Counted from the stretch's first letter, positions 18,540 to 28,153 are shown. The stretch is DNA of 64,000 nt from Myxococcota bacterium (GCA_965247115.1 CBDFGR010000002.1:1792001-1856000); one strand, 5' to 3'. Numbers and translations are program-made. The notes: generated by a model not told the origin, from the sequence alone.

Positions 18540-19736
18540 CTACACCTCCACGCGGTACAGGCGCGCCGCGTTGTCCTGCAAGATCTTGCGGCGCGTGGTC
18601 TCGCTCCAGTCGGCGGTCACGTCGGCGAGGTACTCCTGGACGTCGGGGTACCTGCAGGTGGGGTGCGGGAAGTCGGTCTCGAACATGATGTTGTCTTCGC
18701 CGATCTCCTCGATCAGCTTCTTGGGCGCCGTGCGCTCGAACCAGAAGCACGCGTAGATCTGGCGGCGGAAATACTCCGAGGGCCGCATCGGCAGCGCGTA
18801 CTCGGCCTCGGAGTTGGTCTCCTCCCACTCGTAGTCGAGCGCCTCCAGCATGAAAGGGACCCAACCGATGCCGCTCTCGACCGACACGATCTTCACCCGG
18901 GGGAACCTCTCCAGGATGCCGCTGTAGAGCAGGTTGCCGAGCACTCGAGCGTTCTCCATGAACATGTTCGTGGAGCCCAGTGCCAGGCGGCGGTGCTCTC
19001 CCATCGACGGCCAGGAAGCGCGCCCGTACATGTTCATCGAGGTCTCGCTCGCTGCGATGTGGAAGTTCACCGGGACCTCGAGGTCACTGCACGCCTGCCA
19101 GAACGGAGACCAGGCGTCGTCCGAAAGATCCGGCATGCCGATGCTGTCGGGGTCGCTGCACATCACGATGCCGCGCAGGCCGAGGGCGACGGAACGCTCG
19201 ACCTCGGCGACGCAGTCCTCGATGTTCCACCAGGGCATGAGCGCCATCGGCAGGATTCGCTCCTGCGTCTCGGCCTGGAACTCGGCCATGGCATCGTTGT
19301 AGACCGTCGCGCACAGCTTGCGGAGCGTTTGGTCCTCAACCTTGAGAAAGTTCTGGTTCCCGAAGCCGGCGAGGTTCGGATAGACGACCTGGGCGTGGAG
19401 TCCGAAGTCGTTGAGCAGCGACACGCGCGCCTTCATGTCGTACGACGCCACATGTACATCTTCGTGACTGAAACCTTCGAACTCGACGCCCTTCGACTTG
19501 GAGCCGTCCTTGCGGATCACGCTCACCGGGTATGCAGGCCCGAGGTCGATGTCGCGATTCACCATCCAGTGGCGTTTGCCGTCGACCTCCCGAACGTGTG
19601 GCAAGAGCTCCTTGTAGCCCGCGGGAGCGCGCGAGCTCCACAGGTCGAGCGGCTCGGAGATGTGGCTGTCGGTGTCGATGATCTTGAGGCTTCGGATCGA
19701 GGCCTCGACCTCGGCGGACGACGCGGGCTGGGTCAT
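18540..19736 (-). CDS. Amidohydrolase_2 family protein
   Basis: IIDTDSH, PVNFH, VESGIGW, MFETDFPH. Confidence 0.9.
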   Translation of the reverse strand: MTQPASSAEVEASIRSLKIIDTDSHISEPLDLWSSRAPAGYKELLPHVREVDGKRHWMVNRDIDLGPAYPVSVIRKDGSKSKGVEFEGFSHEDVHVASYDMKARVSLLNDFGLHAQVVYPNLAGFGNQNFLKVEDQTLRKLCATVYNDAMAEFQAETQERILPMALMPWWNIEDCVAEVERSVALGLRGIVMCSDPDSIGMPDLSDDAWSPFWQACSDLEVPVNFHIAASETSMNMYGRASWPSMGEHRRLALGSTNMFMENARVLGNLLYSGILERFPRVKIVSVESGIGWVPFMLEALDYEWEETNSEAEYALPMRPSEYFRRQIYACFWFERTAPKKLIEEIGEDNIMFETDFPHPTCRYPDVQEYLADVTADWSETTRRKILQDNAARLYRVEV

Positions 19737-19849
19737 TTGGGGATCCCTTTTTGACTTGGGCTAGTCTACACGGAATGGACGATGGGCACAGGACAAACAG
19801 GCTGCGTTTCGGCTCCAGGTCCGAGTAGGGGCGTTATGTAAAGCCGGCA

Positions 19850-20092
19850 GGGGGGCGCGAAAGTGCGCTCCGCCAGGGCCTCCACCTGCGCGAGGTCGCC
19901 CACGTCGGTCTGCACGCCGAGCGCCTCGACCCCGAGCGCGCGGATCTCGCTCTCCGCTCGGGCCAACGGCTCCGGCTGGATGTCTGCCAACACGAGCTTC
20001 ATGCCCTCGCGCGTGAGCCGGCGCGCTGTGGCCAGGCCGATGCCGCTCGCGCCCCCGGTGATGACTGCGACCTTGTCGCCGAATTGCTCCAT
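19850..20092 (-). pseudogene. SDR oxidoreductase, N-terminal remnant
   Basis: KVAVITGGASGIG..TDVGD; similarity ends after ~80 codons, no NNAG or YxxxK. Confidence 0.8.
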
Positions 20093-20094
20093 GG

Positions 20095-21381
20095 CTACAC
20101 GATCCCTTCGCTCGAGAGTCGCTCGAGCTCTTGCGCCGAGACTCCGAGCTCACTGTAGATCTCGGCGTTGTGCTCGCCGAGCAGCGGCGCGCGCCGCGCG
20201 ATGTTCCACGGCGAGCCGTGGAACAGATAGGGCGCCCCGGGGTACTTGAATGAGCGGCCGAGCTCGGGGTGCTCGACCTCGACCTGGAAGCCCCTCGCCA
20301 CGAAGTGCGGGTCCTCGAAGACCTCCTCTGGCGAGTAGATGATTCCCACGGAGAGGCCGCGGGTCTGCGCTCCCATGAAGAACTCGTAGGCGGGAAGCTT
20401 CGAGGCGATCAGGTTCAAGGCCTCGCGTCCGGCGCCGAAGATGGCCAGCTCCTCTTCGTCTTCAGGGAACATGTCGATCTGCTCGCTATGCTGCATGCCC
20501 ATCTCGAGAAACACGGCCTCGGGAAACTCGTCCTTCAGACCGAGCTCCACGACCCACTCGTACAAGGCCCGAAACTCGTGCGGGAAACGCGGGGGCACGC
20601 CCGTGTTCACGTAGCGGCCATCGGCGCACTGCACCTGGCTGGGCAGTGACGGGCTCGTGCTCGCGTGTTGACCGGTCTGGCGCTGCACCGTCTCGCGCGC
20701 CACAAGCCACTGGTAGCTGCCGCCCTCGGTGGTGACATTGGCCGCAGCGTGCATGTTCACATCGACGTGTTGACCCTGCCCAGTCTGATCGCGAACGAGC
20801 AATGCGACCAGCGCCGAGAGCACTGCGAAGTGGCAACCGGTGTGGTAGCCCTGGTTGCCGCCGCCCCGCACCGGCGGCAGCGAGTGGTCGTCGTAGCCGT
20901 TCATCCACACGGGTCCGCCAGCCGCGAGCACCGTGAGGTCGGTGGCGAGCTCGTCCGCGCGCGGTCCCGACGCGCCGAACGGCGAGAGCGAGACCATGAT
21001 CAGGTCGGGGCGCAGCGCGCGCAGACTCGCGAAGTCGAGCCCGAGAGACTCGAGCCGACCCGGCGTCTCGGACTCGATGAGCAGATCTGACGAGCGCACG
21101 AGGTCGCGCAGGAGCTCGCGACCCCGCTCCGTGTCGAGGTCGAGGGTGATCCCCCGCTTGCTGGTGTTGTAGTGCCACCAGTAGAGGCTGCGCTCCTTTC
21201 CACCCTCGTCCGCGAGGAAGGGGCCGTAGCTGCGCGTGGCACAGCCTGCACGCGGCTCCACGGTGACCACGCTCGCGCCCATGTCGGCGAACAGCTTGCC
21301 CGCGAAGGCGCAGCGCTCGCTCGCGAGCTCGACTACCCGCAGATCGCTCACGGCCCCCGCCGTTGCGCCAGTGTCTGTCAT
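20095..21381 (-). CDS. Family III CoA-transferase (CaiB/BaiF)
   Basis: LRVVELA, YNTSKRGITLDL, GQGQHVDV, APLLGEHN. Confidence 0.9.
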   Translation of the reverse strand: MTDTGATAGAVSDLRVVELASERCAFAGKLFADMGASVVTVEPRAGCATRSYGPFLADEGGKERSLYWWHYNTSKRGITLDLDTERGRELLRDLVRSSDLLIESETPGRLESLGLDFASLRALRPDLIMVSLSPFGASGPRADELATDLTVLAAGGPVWMNGYDDHSLPPVRGGGNQGYHTGCHFAVLSALVALLVRDQTGQGQHVDVNMHAAANVTTEGGSYQWLVARETVQRQTGQHASTSPSLPSQVQCADGRYVNTGVPPRFPHEFRALYEWVVELGLKDEFPEAVFLEMGMQHSEQIDMFPEDEEELAIFGAGREALNLIASKLPAYEFFMGAQTRGLSVGIIYSPEEVFEDPHFVARGFQVEVEHPELGRSFKYPGAPYLFHGSPWNIARRAPLLGEHNAEIYSELGVSAQELERLSSEGIV

Positions 21382-22616
21382 ATCACCTTCTCCTCGCGCA
21401 GCTTCTCGATTTCGGCGGCGTCGAGACCGAGCAGCTCGCCGAATACGTAGTCGTTGTGTTCACCGAGGCACGGTCCGCCCCGCTCGATCGCCCAATCCGT
21501 CTCCGACAGGTGCACCGGCTGGCCGTCGACGCGCACGTCGCCCATGGCGGTGTGTTTCACGGTCGGCCAGAGCCCCCACTCTGCGGTGTTGGGGTCGTCA
21601 TCGATCCGCTCAGCCGGCCGCTGGACGGCTGCCGCGGGCACTCCGGCCGCCTGAAGATCCGCCGCGGCGGCGAAGCGGTCGCGCGGGCGCGTCCAGGCGC
21701 TCACGAGCTCGTCGAGTGCATCCTGCCGCTCGATACGGCCGGCGAGGCTCGCGAAGCGCGCCTCGCGGGTCCACGGCTCGCCGACCGCGCCTCCGAACGC
21801 CCGCCAGTCGGCGTCGCTGCGGCACGCGATCGCGATCCAGGAATCGTCGCCGCTGGCTGGGTACACACCGTGGGGCGCCATCTCGGGCCACTTGTTGCGG
21901 TTGCTGTTCGGCATGCCCGCGCGTCGGAGGGGGCGTCCGTTCACCGTGTAGTCGAGCACCGCCGGGCCGTTCAGGCTCGCGCCGGCCTCGGTGCACGACA
22001 GGTCGACCCACTGGCCCTCGCCCGTGCGGTTCTTGTGGTGCAACGCGAAGAGGATCGCGAGGGCCATGTAGTAGCCCCCGGTGTGGTCCATGTACGAGTA
22101 GCCCCAGCCCGCCGGCGGCTGATCAGGAAGCCCCGAGCTGAACGTGAGGCCGCTGATCGCCTGCACGATCGGTCCCCAGGACTTGAACTTGCGGTACGGG
22201 CCGCTGTGGCCGAATCCGCAGTTCGACGCGTAGATGATGTCGGGCTTGATTTCTCGCAGGGCCTCGTAACCGAAGCCGAGCCGCTCGAGCACGCCCGCGG
22301 CGAAGTTCTCGGACACCACGTCGGAGATCTTGATCAGCTCTCGCAAGAGCTCCTTCGCGCGCTCGCTCCGCAGATTCAGCGTGATGCCGAGCTTCTCCAC
22401 GTTGTGGTTGTTGAACACGCCGCCCACGTCGATCCCCCTGCGGTCATCGGTGAAGGGCGGGCAGCCCCGCGTGATGTCCCAGCGACCTTCGCGCACCGGG
22501 TCTTCGATGCGGACAATCTGCGCGCCGAACGCGGCCAGAAAGCGCGTGGCCCCCGCCCCCGCCAGCTGACCCGTGAAGTCGCAAATGCGAATGTGTGAGA
22601 GCGCTCTGGATGGCAC
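21378..22616 (-). CDS. Family III CoA-transferase (CaiB/BaiF)
   Basis: IRICDFTGQLAG, VVSENF, SYMDH, GQWVDLS; the real start is probably GTG 22616, and the ORF-track extension upstream is junction sequence. Confidence 0.88.
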   Translation of the reverse strand: MPSRALSHIRICDFTGQLAGAGATRFLAAFGAQIVRIEDPVREGRWDITRGCPPFTDDRRGIDVGGVFNNHNVEKLGITLNLRSERAKELLRELIKISDVVSENFAAGVLERLGFGYEALREIKPDIIYASNCGFGHSGPYRKFKSWGPIVQAISGLTFSSGLPDQPPAGWGYSYMDHTGGYYMALAILFALHHKNRTGEGQWVDLSCTEAGASLNGPAVLDYTVNGRPLRRAGMPNSNRNKWPEMAPHGVYPASGDDSWIAIACRSDADWRAFGGAVGEPWTREARFASLAGRIERQDALDELVSAWTRPRDRFAAAADLQAAGVPAAAVQRPAERIDDDPNTAEWGLWPTVKHTAMGDVRVDGQPVHLSETDWAIERGGPCLGEHNDYVFGELLGLDAAEIEKLREEKVI

Positions 22617-22626
22617 GGCCTTCGCC

Positions 22627-22677
22627 TCAGTCTGCGCGCTCGGGAAGCCCGAGCACCTTGCGCGCTTCGGCGCAGCT
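22627..22677 (-). pseudogene. C-terminal remnant of a BKACE/Kce-family gene
   Basis: SCAEARKVLGLPERAD*, resembling the A-T/S-x-x-EAR-x-x-LGL tail of this family, ending just upstream of the CoA-transferase start. Confidence 0.5.
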
Positions 22678-22712
22678 CCGGTCAGTCTAGAGAGTATGAT
22701 GTAGCGGGGCAC
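22675..22712 (-). pseudogene. 5' fragment of the GYD-PlsC fusion gene
   Basis: MPRYIILSRLTG(A) parallels MATFIMLSKLTDE of the adjacent GYD gene; joins in frame to 5221. Confidence 0.75.
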
Positions 22713-22714
22713 GA

Positions 22715-23008
22715 CTAAGGATCGCTCAGCAGCATCTGGGTGAACTCCTCGACCTTCATGGCGGGCAGCGTAGTCACCTCGATGGTTCCACGCGCTCCCA
22801 GCTCGACCGAGATGCGGGCGATCACCTCGTTGCTCGCGGCCTCGACCACGTTCACGAAGTCGTAGCCGCCCAGCACCGCGTACTGCGCGGTGACCCTCCC
22901 CCCCATGGTCTCGATCTCCTTGTTGACCTGCGCAAGACGCTGCGGTCGCTCCTTCAGGGTCTTGCGTCCCTCATCGGTGAGCTTCGAAAGCATGATGAAA
23001 GTCGCCAT
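22715..23008 (-). CDS. GYD domain protein
   Basis: 97 aa, LSKLTDEG..QYAVLGGYDFV; SD GGAGG. Confidence 0.85.
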   Translation of the reverse strand: MATFIMLSKLTDEGRKTLKERPQRLAQVNKEIETMGGRVTAQYAVLGGYDFVNVVEAASNEVIARISVELGARGTIEVTTLPAMKVEEFTQMLLSDP

Positions 23009-23066
23009 ATCGGGGCCTCCTGTCGGTTATCTTACTCTCGGGGACCCGAGCGGAGGAAGCGGTTCA

Positions 23067-23289
23067 TTGCGTGCTGTCGTATGGAATGAGAAGGGCTCGC
23101 TCGAGCTCGTCGACAAGCCAGCTCCTGAGCCGAGGCCGGGCCGCTGCCCCGAGCGGCGCCTGCTCGGGCTCAGCAAACCGTTGGAGGATCCGCTCCAACA
23201 CTGAGCGAAGCGGTACGCCTGGCGCGCCCGGGCGGGACCGTGTCGGTGCTTGGCGTGGCTCGATCAAGGTGACCATCCACACGCACTGA
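23067..23289 (+). pseudogene. Zn-dependent alcohol dehydrogenase (MDR) remnant with multiple internal deletions
   Basis: LRAVVWNEKGSLELVDKPAPEPRPG / TVGGSAPTLSEAVRLARPGGTVSVLG / GSIKVTI in different frames; SD GGAGG. Confidence 0.7.
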
Positions 23290-23299
23290 AGCCAGCGGC

Positions 23300-24217
23300 T
23301 CAGTCGATGACGCGGAGCCAGCTCAAGAGATCCTTGACTACCTCTGCGCGGTTCGTCTCGTTCAGCATCTCGTGATGTCCGTCTGGGTAGATGTGCTGTT
23401 GGACTCTGGCGAGCCCTGCCTTCTGGTACTGTTTCTGCAGCTTCTCGAGGCCCTTCTGCTGACGATGCACGGGATCTCTCGCTCCGGAGAGGATGTAGAT
23501 CGGGAGCTCCTTCGGAATGCGTGCGATGTTCTCCTTGCGGCCCATCAGTCGCACGCCGCGGAACATGTCGATCAGGCTCTGCACCCGCAGCACGAAGCCA
23601 CACAGGGGATCAGCGACGTACTTGTCGACCTCCTCGTGATCACGCGACAGCCAATCGAAGTCAGTCCGAGCGGGATGAAAGTCGCGGTTGAGGTTCCCGA
23701 AGAGCAGACGTCCCAGAAGCGCGCTATCCGCCCCCTGTCCCAGGCGCCAGCGTTCGAGACGCGCAGCGCCGCCCGAGAGTCGCAACATGAAGCCGCCTCC
23801 AGCAGTCGACCCCGACAGCACGGCGGCGGAGAGCGACGCGCCGTGCTCGCAGAGGTACTGCTGGGCCAGAAGCGAGCCCATGCTGTGTCCCAGCAGGATC
23901 CGCGGCGCCCCTGGATGTTCGGCCGCGATCAGATCGGTGAGCTCTCGAAGGTCCTGGACGGAGCGATTCCAGCCGTCTTCTCCCATGTCTCCGAGCAAGT
24001 CGGACGGCGCCGTGCGACCGTGACCCCTCAGGTCAGGCGCGTAGACGGCGTAGCCTGCAACGCACAGGGCCTCTGCGACCTCCTCGTAGCGCAGCGCGTG
24101 TTCACCCATCCCGTGGGCGATCTCGACCACCCCGCGAACGGGACGCTCAGGGCGCCACTCATACAGGTGAAGCCACGCGCCGTCGCTGGCGGCAAAGCTC
24201 CGCGTCGCGCTCTGCAC
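23300..24217 (-). CDS. Alpha/beta hydrolase (lysophospholipase/monoglyceride lipase-like)
   Basis: HGMGEH, DLRGHG, GHSMG, HEMLNE. Confidence 0.9.
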   Translation of the reverse strand: MQSATRSFAASDGAWLHLYEWRPERPVRGVVEIAHGMGEHALRYEEVAEALCVAGYAVYAPDLRGHGRTAPSDLLGDMGEDGWNRSVQDLRELTDLIAAEHPGAPRILLGHSMGSLLAQQYLCEHGASLSAAVLSGSTAGGGFMLRLSGGAARLERWRLGQGADSALLGRLLFGNLNRDFHPARTDFDWLSRDHEEVDKYVADPLCGFVLRVQSLIDMFRGVRLMGRKENIARIPKELPIYILSGARDPVHRQQKGLEKLQKQYQKAGLARVQQHIYPDGHHEMLNETNRAEVVKDLLSWLRVID

Positions 24218-24223
24218 CTCCGG

Positions 24224-24364
24224 CTACTTACCCTTGAAGACCGGCGCTCGCTTCTCGAAGAACGCCTGCCTCCTTGGCGTCTTCAGTGGAGAAGCACTTG
24301 CGATATCGAGCAGCTCGTAGCGCATCTGTCCTTCCAGGTCGGTCCCCCGCACGGCGCGGTGCAT
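24224..24364 (-). pseudogene. Enoyl-CoA hydratase C-terminal remnant
   Basis: CFSTEDAKE / AFFEKRAPVFKGK* with frameshifts. Confidence 0.65.
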
Positions 24365-24499
24365 CCCCTTCCCTGCGTCCTCCGGTATCTCGAATGTCCT
24401 CGCAGTATACTCGCGACGAAACACGCTGCTGATCGCCACCGGGCAGCCGGTGGGAGGCGCTTTGGCTGATGGCCGAGGAGCTGCTCTGAGCGCAACGCG

Positions 24500-25702
24500 G
24501 TGCCAAGAGACGACCTGTCGCTGAGCGGGGCTCGGCGGATCGCACTGGCTGCCCAGGGCTTCGATCGCGCGCGACCCGCGCGTGTCGACGCGCGTCACCT
24601 GCGGCGTGCGGTCCAGCAGCTGGGGCTGCTACAGATCGACTACGTGAACGTCCTGGGGCCGGCCCAGTATCAGGTGCTCTTCTCGCGACTCGGTCCCTAC
24701 GAGAAGTCGCGCGCGGACGACCTCTTGTATCGCTCGGGCGAGTTCACCGAGATGTGGGCGCACGAGGCGTCGATCCTGCCAGTCGAGAGCTGGCCGCTCT
24801 TCGGCCACCGGAGAGAGGGTTGCAGGGTGCGCCCCCGGGGGTTCGAGAAGTTCCTGGAGCAGAACAAGCGCTACGTCGAGTGGGTCCTAAACGAGGTCAG
24901 GGAACGTGGCCCGCTCACGGCAGCCGACCTGAAGGAGCCCGAGGGCATGCAACGCCGGCGTGGGACGTGGTGGAGTCGCTCGATTCCCCAGCTCGTGCTC
25001 GAGGGGCACTTCGGCACGGGGCGAGTCGCAATCACGCAGCGGCTGCCGAACTTCTCCAGGGAGTACGACCTGACAGAGCGCGTCGTGCCTCGGGAGCACA
25101 TTCACCGGAAGGTCGGACTCGAGGAGTCCCAGCGCGAGCTGCTCCGTCTGGCCGCACGCGCGCATGGTGTGGGAACGGCACGGGATCTGGCCGACTACTA
25201 CCGCATGTCCATTCGCGAGGCGCGGCTGCGAATCGGCGAGCTCGTGGAAAGCGGGGAGCTTCGGGTGGTACGTGTGGAGGGTTGGCGAGATCCAGCCTAT
25301 CTCCAGCCGCAGGCCAAGCGGCCGCGTCGGATCGACGCGTCGGCGTTGCTGTCGCCCTTCGATCCTGTGATCTGGTTCCGGGAGCGGGCGGAGCGGCTGT
25401 TCGGCTTCGAGTACAGGATCGAGATCTACGTGCCGGGCCCGCAGCGGCGCTGGGGCTATTACGTGCTGCCCTTCCTGCTCGGGGATCGCCTGGTGGCGCG
25501 CGTCGATCTCAAAGCGGATCGCAAGCGGGGCCGGCTGCTCGTGCAGGCAGCACATATCGAACCGAGCGCCGATCCCGACGAGGTGGCTCCTGCCCTGACC
25601 ACGGAGCTTCGAACGCTCGCGTCCTGGCACGGCCTCGACGCCGTCTCTGTCGGTCGCCGGGGTGGCTTCGCGCGCCCGCTCGCTGCGGCCGTGCGCGCGT
25701 GA
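24500..25702 (+). CDS. ycaQ: YcaQ/AlkZ-like winged-helix DNA glycosylase (HTH_42)
   Basis: LLQIDYVNVL (QxD), SRLG, WAHEAS, LLSPFDPV, YRIEIYVP..RWGYYVLP. Confidence 0.85.
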   Translation: MPRDDLSLSGARRIALAAQGFDRARPARVDARHLRRAVQQLGLLQIDYVNVLGPAQYQVLFSRLGPYEKSRADDLLYRSGEFTEMWAHEASILPVESWPLFGHRREGCRVRPRGFEKFLEQNKRYVEWVLNEVRERGPLTAADLKEPEGMQRRRGTWWSRSIPQLVLEGHFGTGRVAITQRLPNFSREYDLTERVVPREHIHRKVGLEESQRELLRLAARAHGVGTARDLADYYRMSIREARLRIGELVESGELRVVRVEGWRDPAYLQPQAKRPRRIDASALLSPFDPVIWFRERAERLFGFEYRIEIYVPGPQRRWGYYVLPFLLGDRLVARVDLKADRKRGRLLVQAAHIEPSADPDEVAPALTTELRTLASWHGLDAVSVGRRGGFARPLAAAVRA

Positions 25703-25717
25703 GCGAACGCGACCCTG

Positions 25718-28003
25718 TCACTCCACCGGCACGAGCCGGAGCTCGGCTTCGGCGTTTGCCTCGATGTCCGGCCAGCTCACAAACAGAGGGTGGTACTCGA
25801 CCTCGCGCCAGCGCTCAATATTGTCCGCGTAGTGTGGTGAGCCCGGCTGGCCGGAGTTTCCCGGCGGGATGCAGATGCGCGCGGCGTTCAGGTCGGAGAG
25901 GTCGAAGATCTGCCGGTATGACACCCCCGCGGCGGCATGCGCTCCGTAGGCAGCAGCGGTATTGAACACGGTGTTTCCGTCGCCGCCTACCTCGGTGGCA
26001 GGTAGGTCAAAGATCTCGCGCAGCTTCGGGTCGCGGCCGAGGTTGTGGCTCCAGGCCATGCGGTGATCCGTGCCCCAACGCCAGCGCGAGGGATCGCCGC
26101 CCTGGCGCTTGCGCAGCTCCGTGGCTGCCTGCGTGAGCGCCACCTCTGTGGCTGCTTCCCAGGAGTCGAACGTCCCGAGCATGAGTGCGCTTCGCTTTGT
26201 CAGCTGTTCGAAGAGAACGCGTCGGTCCTCCAGAGGAGCGAGAGCTGGAACCTCCACCACCGCGTCGTAGTAGCGCTGCACGGTAATCCGAAGCAGGCGC
26301 TCGCAGGTCTCCGCGTAGATCGCCGCCTCTGCGCTGTCCACATGCAAGTGGCCATCCCAGCTCTGGAGAAGCTTCTGCATCGCCAGGGCGTCAGCGTCTT
26401 TAGCGGCGAACGACGTCAGCCACCGGGCAATGCCCCGTGCGTGGCGGCTGGTTTGGTCGCCCTGCAGGCGTGGCATCTCGTCAAGGCGGAAGATCTTGGT
26501 CGCGTCCATCAGCTCGCGCAAGCGGTCCGCCCGAAACGTGCTCGCGGAGTACGACAGGTAGTGCGGGTAGTCCGGCGTCGTCGTCTTGTTGTTCGCGGTG
26601 ACGATGAAGCCGTTTGTGGGGTTCTCGTCGCAAGGTAGCTCCGACTTTGGCACGTTCCCGTCCCACTCGTGCTCGCCGTCCCAGCCGGGGACCGGGAGCA
26701 GCCAGGCAGGGCGCCTCGGAATCCGGCCGACGTACTGGTAGGCGATGTTCCCCCCGCTGTCTGCGAAGCAGAAGTTCCCGCTGATGGAGTCGTACGTCCG
26801 CAGGGCTTCCCTCGCGTCGGCCACGCACGTCGAGCGGTGCAACGCGTTCATCGCGTCGATGTCATGCGTGGGGGCTGCGAGCCCCCAGCGTGCGGCCAGC
26901 ACCTCGTCGTCTCGGGTGGGGTCGCCGGAGATCACGGGGCCGTGCGGCGTCTCCCACACGACGCGGGTCACGGGCTGCTCGTCGCGTACGTGGAACTGCT
27001 CATCGTGGCGGACGAGCGGCGTCCAGCCGGACGGGGTGAGCGCCTCCGGACCGCTGCCACCCTGGCGAATGCGCTCCCGGTAGAGGTCCCAGCGATCGCC
27101 TTGTGCGTGCGTCATGGTCCAGGCGATGGTTGTGTTGTGCCCGTAGAAGTGCGGGCCGGGGTAGCAGGGGTTACACGGTCCGGCGACGCGGAACTCGGGG
27201 CACTCCATGTGCACGACGTACCACTGGCCGGGGATGCCGACCGCGAGATGCGGGTCGCCGCAGACGATCGGTGCTTCCGTGTCGGTGCGGGAGCCGTGGA
27301 TGACCCAGCAGTTTGATCCTCCCCCAGCCGGGATCGGCCCGTCCGGCTGCCCCATGGCCGACTCGATGTCGACGTAGAAGGGGTGGGCCTCCTGCTCCCA
27401 GCGCGCGCCGGAGGGCGCGATCAGCGCGGAATCGAGTGGCACATCGGGCACCAGTGCGGAGATGCCTTCCGCACCGAGGACAGTGGCCATCTTGGAGAAG
27501 CGGAGCTTGGTCGCCCATTGAGCGCCGTTGTTCACCATCTTGACTACAGCGAGCGAATCCACGGGCGACCACGGCAGCATCTCGTGGTCGAGGACGTGAA
27601 ACTCGTAGGGCTTCGGGTTGCTTGCGATTGCCTGGTTGATGCCGTCTGCGTAGGCTTGCAGCACCTCGCGCGCAGCCTCGCTCTGCGCCTGCCACTCGCG
27701 CGCCGCGAAGCGGCCGAAGCCGAGGCGCCGGTTCTCGTGGTCGCGCGCCAGCAAGCCCCGGTTGAGCAGAGCAGCCGAAGTCCCGTGAGCCATGCGGCGA
27801 TAGAGCTCGATCTGGAACGCGCGGTCCTGTGCCATGCAATAGCCCTGGGCAAAGAACGCGTCGCGTGCCGAGCCTGCCTGTATGTGCGGGATCCCCCAGC
27901 GGTCCCGCACGATCCGGACGCGTCCGTCGAGACCGGCAAGGCTGAGCTCGCCCGCGTGCCGCGCAAGGCAGTCTTCCGGCCGGATCTCGTCTAGAACCGT
28001 CAC
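25718..28003 (-). CDS. Penicillin acylase family Ntn-hydrolase
   Basis: RDRWGIPHI, GGSNCW (Ser nucleophile), DPHL, GNSGQPGSPHYAD. Confidence 0.9.
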   Translation of the reverse strand: MTVLDEIRPEDCLARHAGELSLAGLDGRVRIVRDRWGIPHIQAGSARDAFFAQGYCMAQDRAFQIELYRRMAHGTSAALLNRGLLARDHENRRLGFGRFAAREWQAQSEAAREVLQAYADGINQAIASNPKPYEFHVLDHEMLPWSPVDSLAVVKMVNNGAQWATKLRFSKMATVLGAEGISALVPDVPLDSALIAPSGARWEQEAHPFYVDIESAMGQPDGPIPAGGGSNCWVIHGSRTDTEAPIVCGDPHLAVGIPGQWYVVHMECPEFRVAGPCNPCYPGPHFYGHNTTIAWTMTHAQGDRWDLYRERIRQGGSGPEALTPSGWTPLVRHDEQFHVRDEQPVTRVVWETPHGPVISGDPTRDDEVLAARWGLAAPTHDIDAMNALHRSTCVADAREALRTYDSISGNFCFADSGGNIAYQYVGRIPRRPAWLLPVPGWDGEHEWDGNVPKSELPCDENPTNGFIVTANNKTTTPDYPHYLSYSASTFRADRLRELMDATKIFRLDEMPRLQGDQTSRHARGIARWLTSFAAKDADALAMQKLLQSWDGHLHVDSAEAAIYAETCERLLRITVQRYYDAVVEVPALAPLEDRRVLFEQLTKRSALMLGTFDSWEAATEVALTQAATELRKRQGGDPSRWRWGTDHRMAWSHNLGRDPKLREIFDLPATEVGGDGNTVFNTAAAYGAHAAAGVSYRQIFDLSDLNAARICIPPGNSGQPGSPHYADNIERWREVEYHPLFVSWPDIEANAEAELRLVPVE

Positions 28004-28153
28004 GGCCCGGTTATATCACCGTAGCGATGGAGCGCGTGAGATAATGTCGGGCGAAGACAAACCCACTTCTGTTCCGAGGCGCGTGGGAGACGGCGCCCTT
28101 CGAGAGCTTGCTGCGCAACGGGATCGAATGGGGTTGCCGTCTGGGAGATTGAC

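Noticed and set aside
5229..22686. GGTCAGT as an att-like crossover core for the 17-kb insert
   Set aside because: Joining at this 7-mer puts the GYD-PlsC gene out of frame, and no integrase or recombinase is present
22617..22712. N-terminal extension of the CoA-transferase in the ORF track
   Set aside because: It is junction sequence (GYD start plus an off-frame BKACE tail), not a real extension
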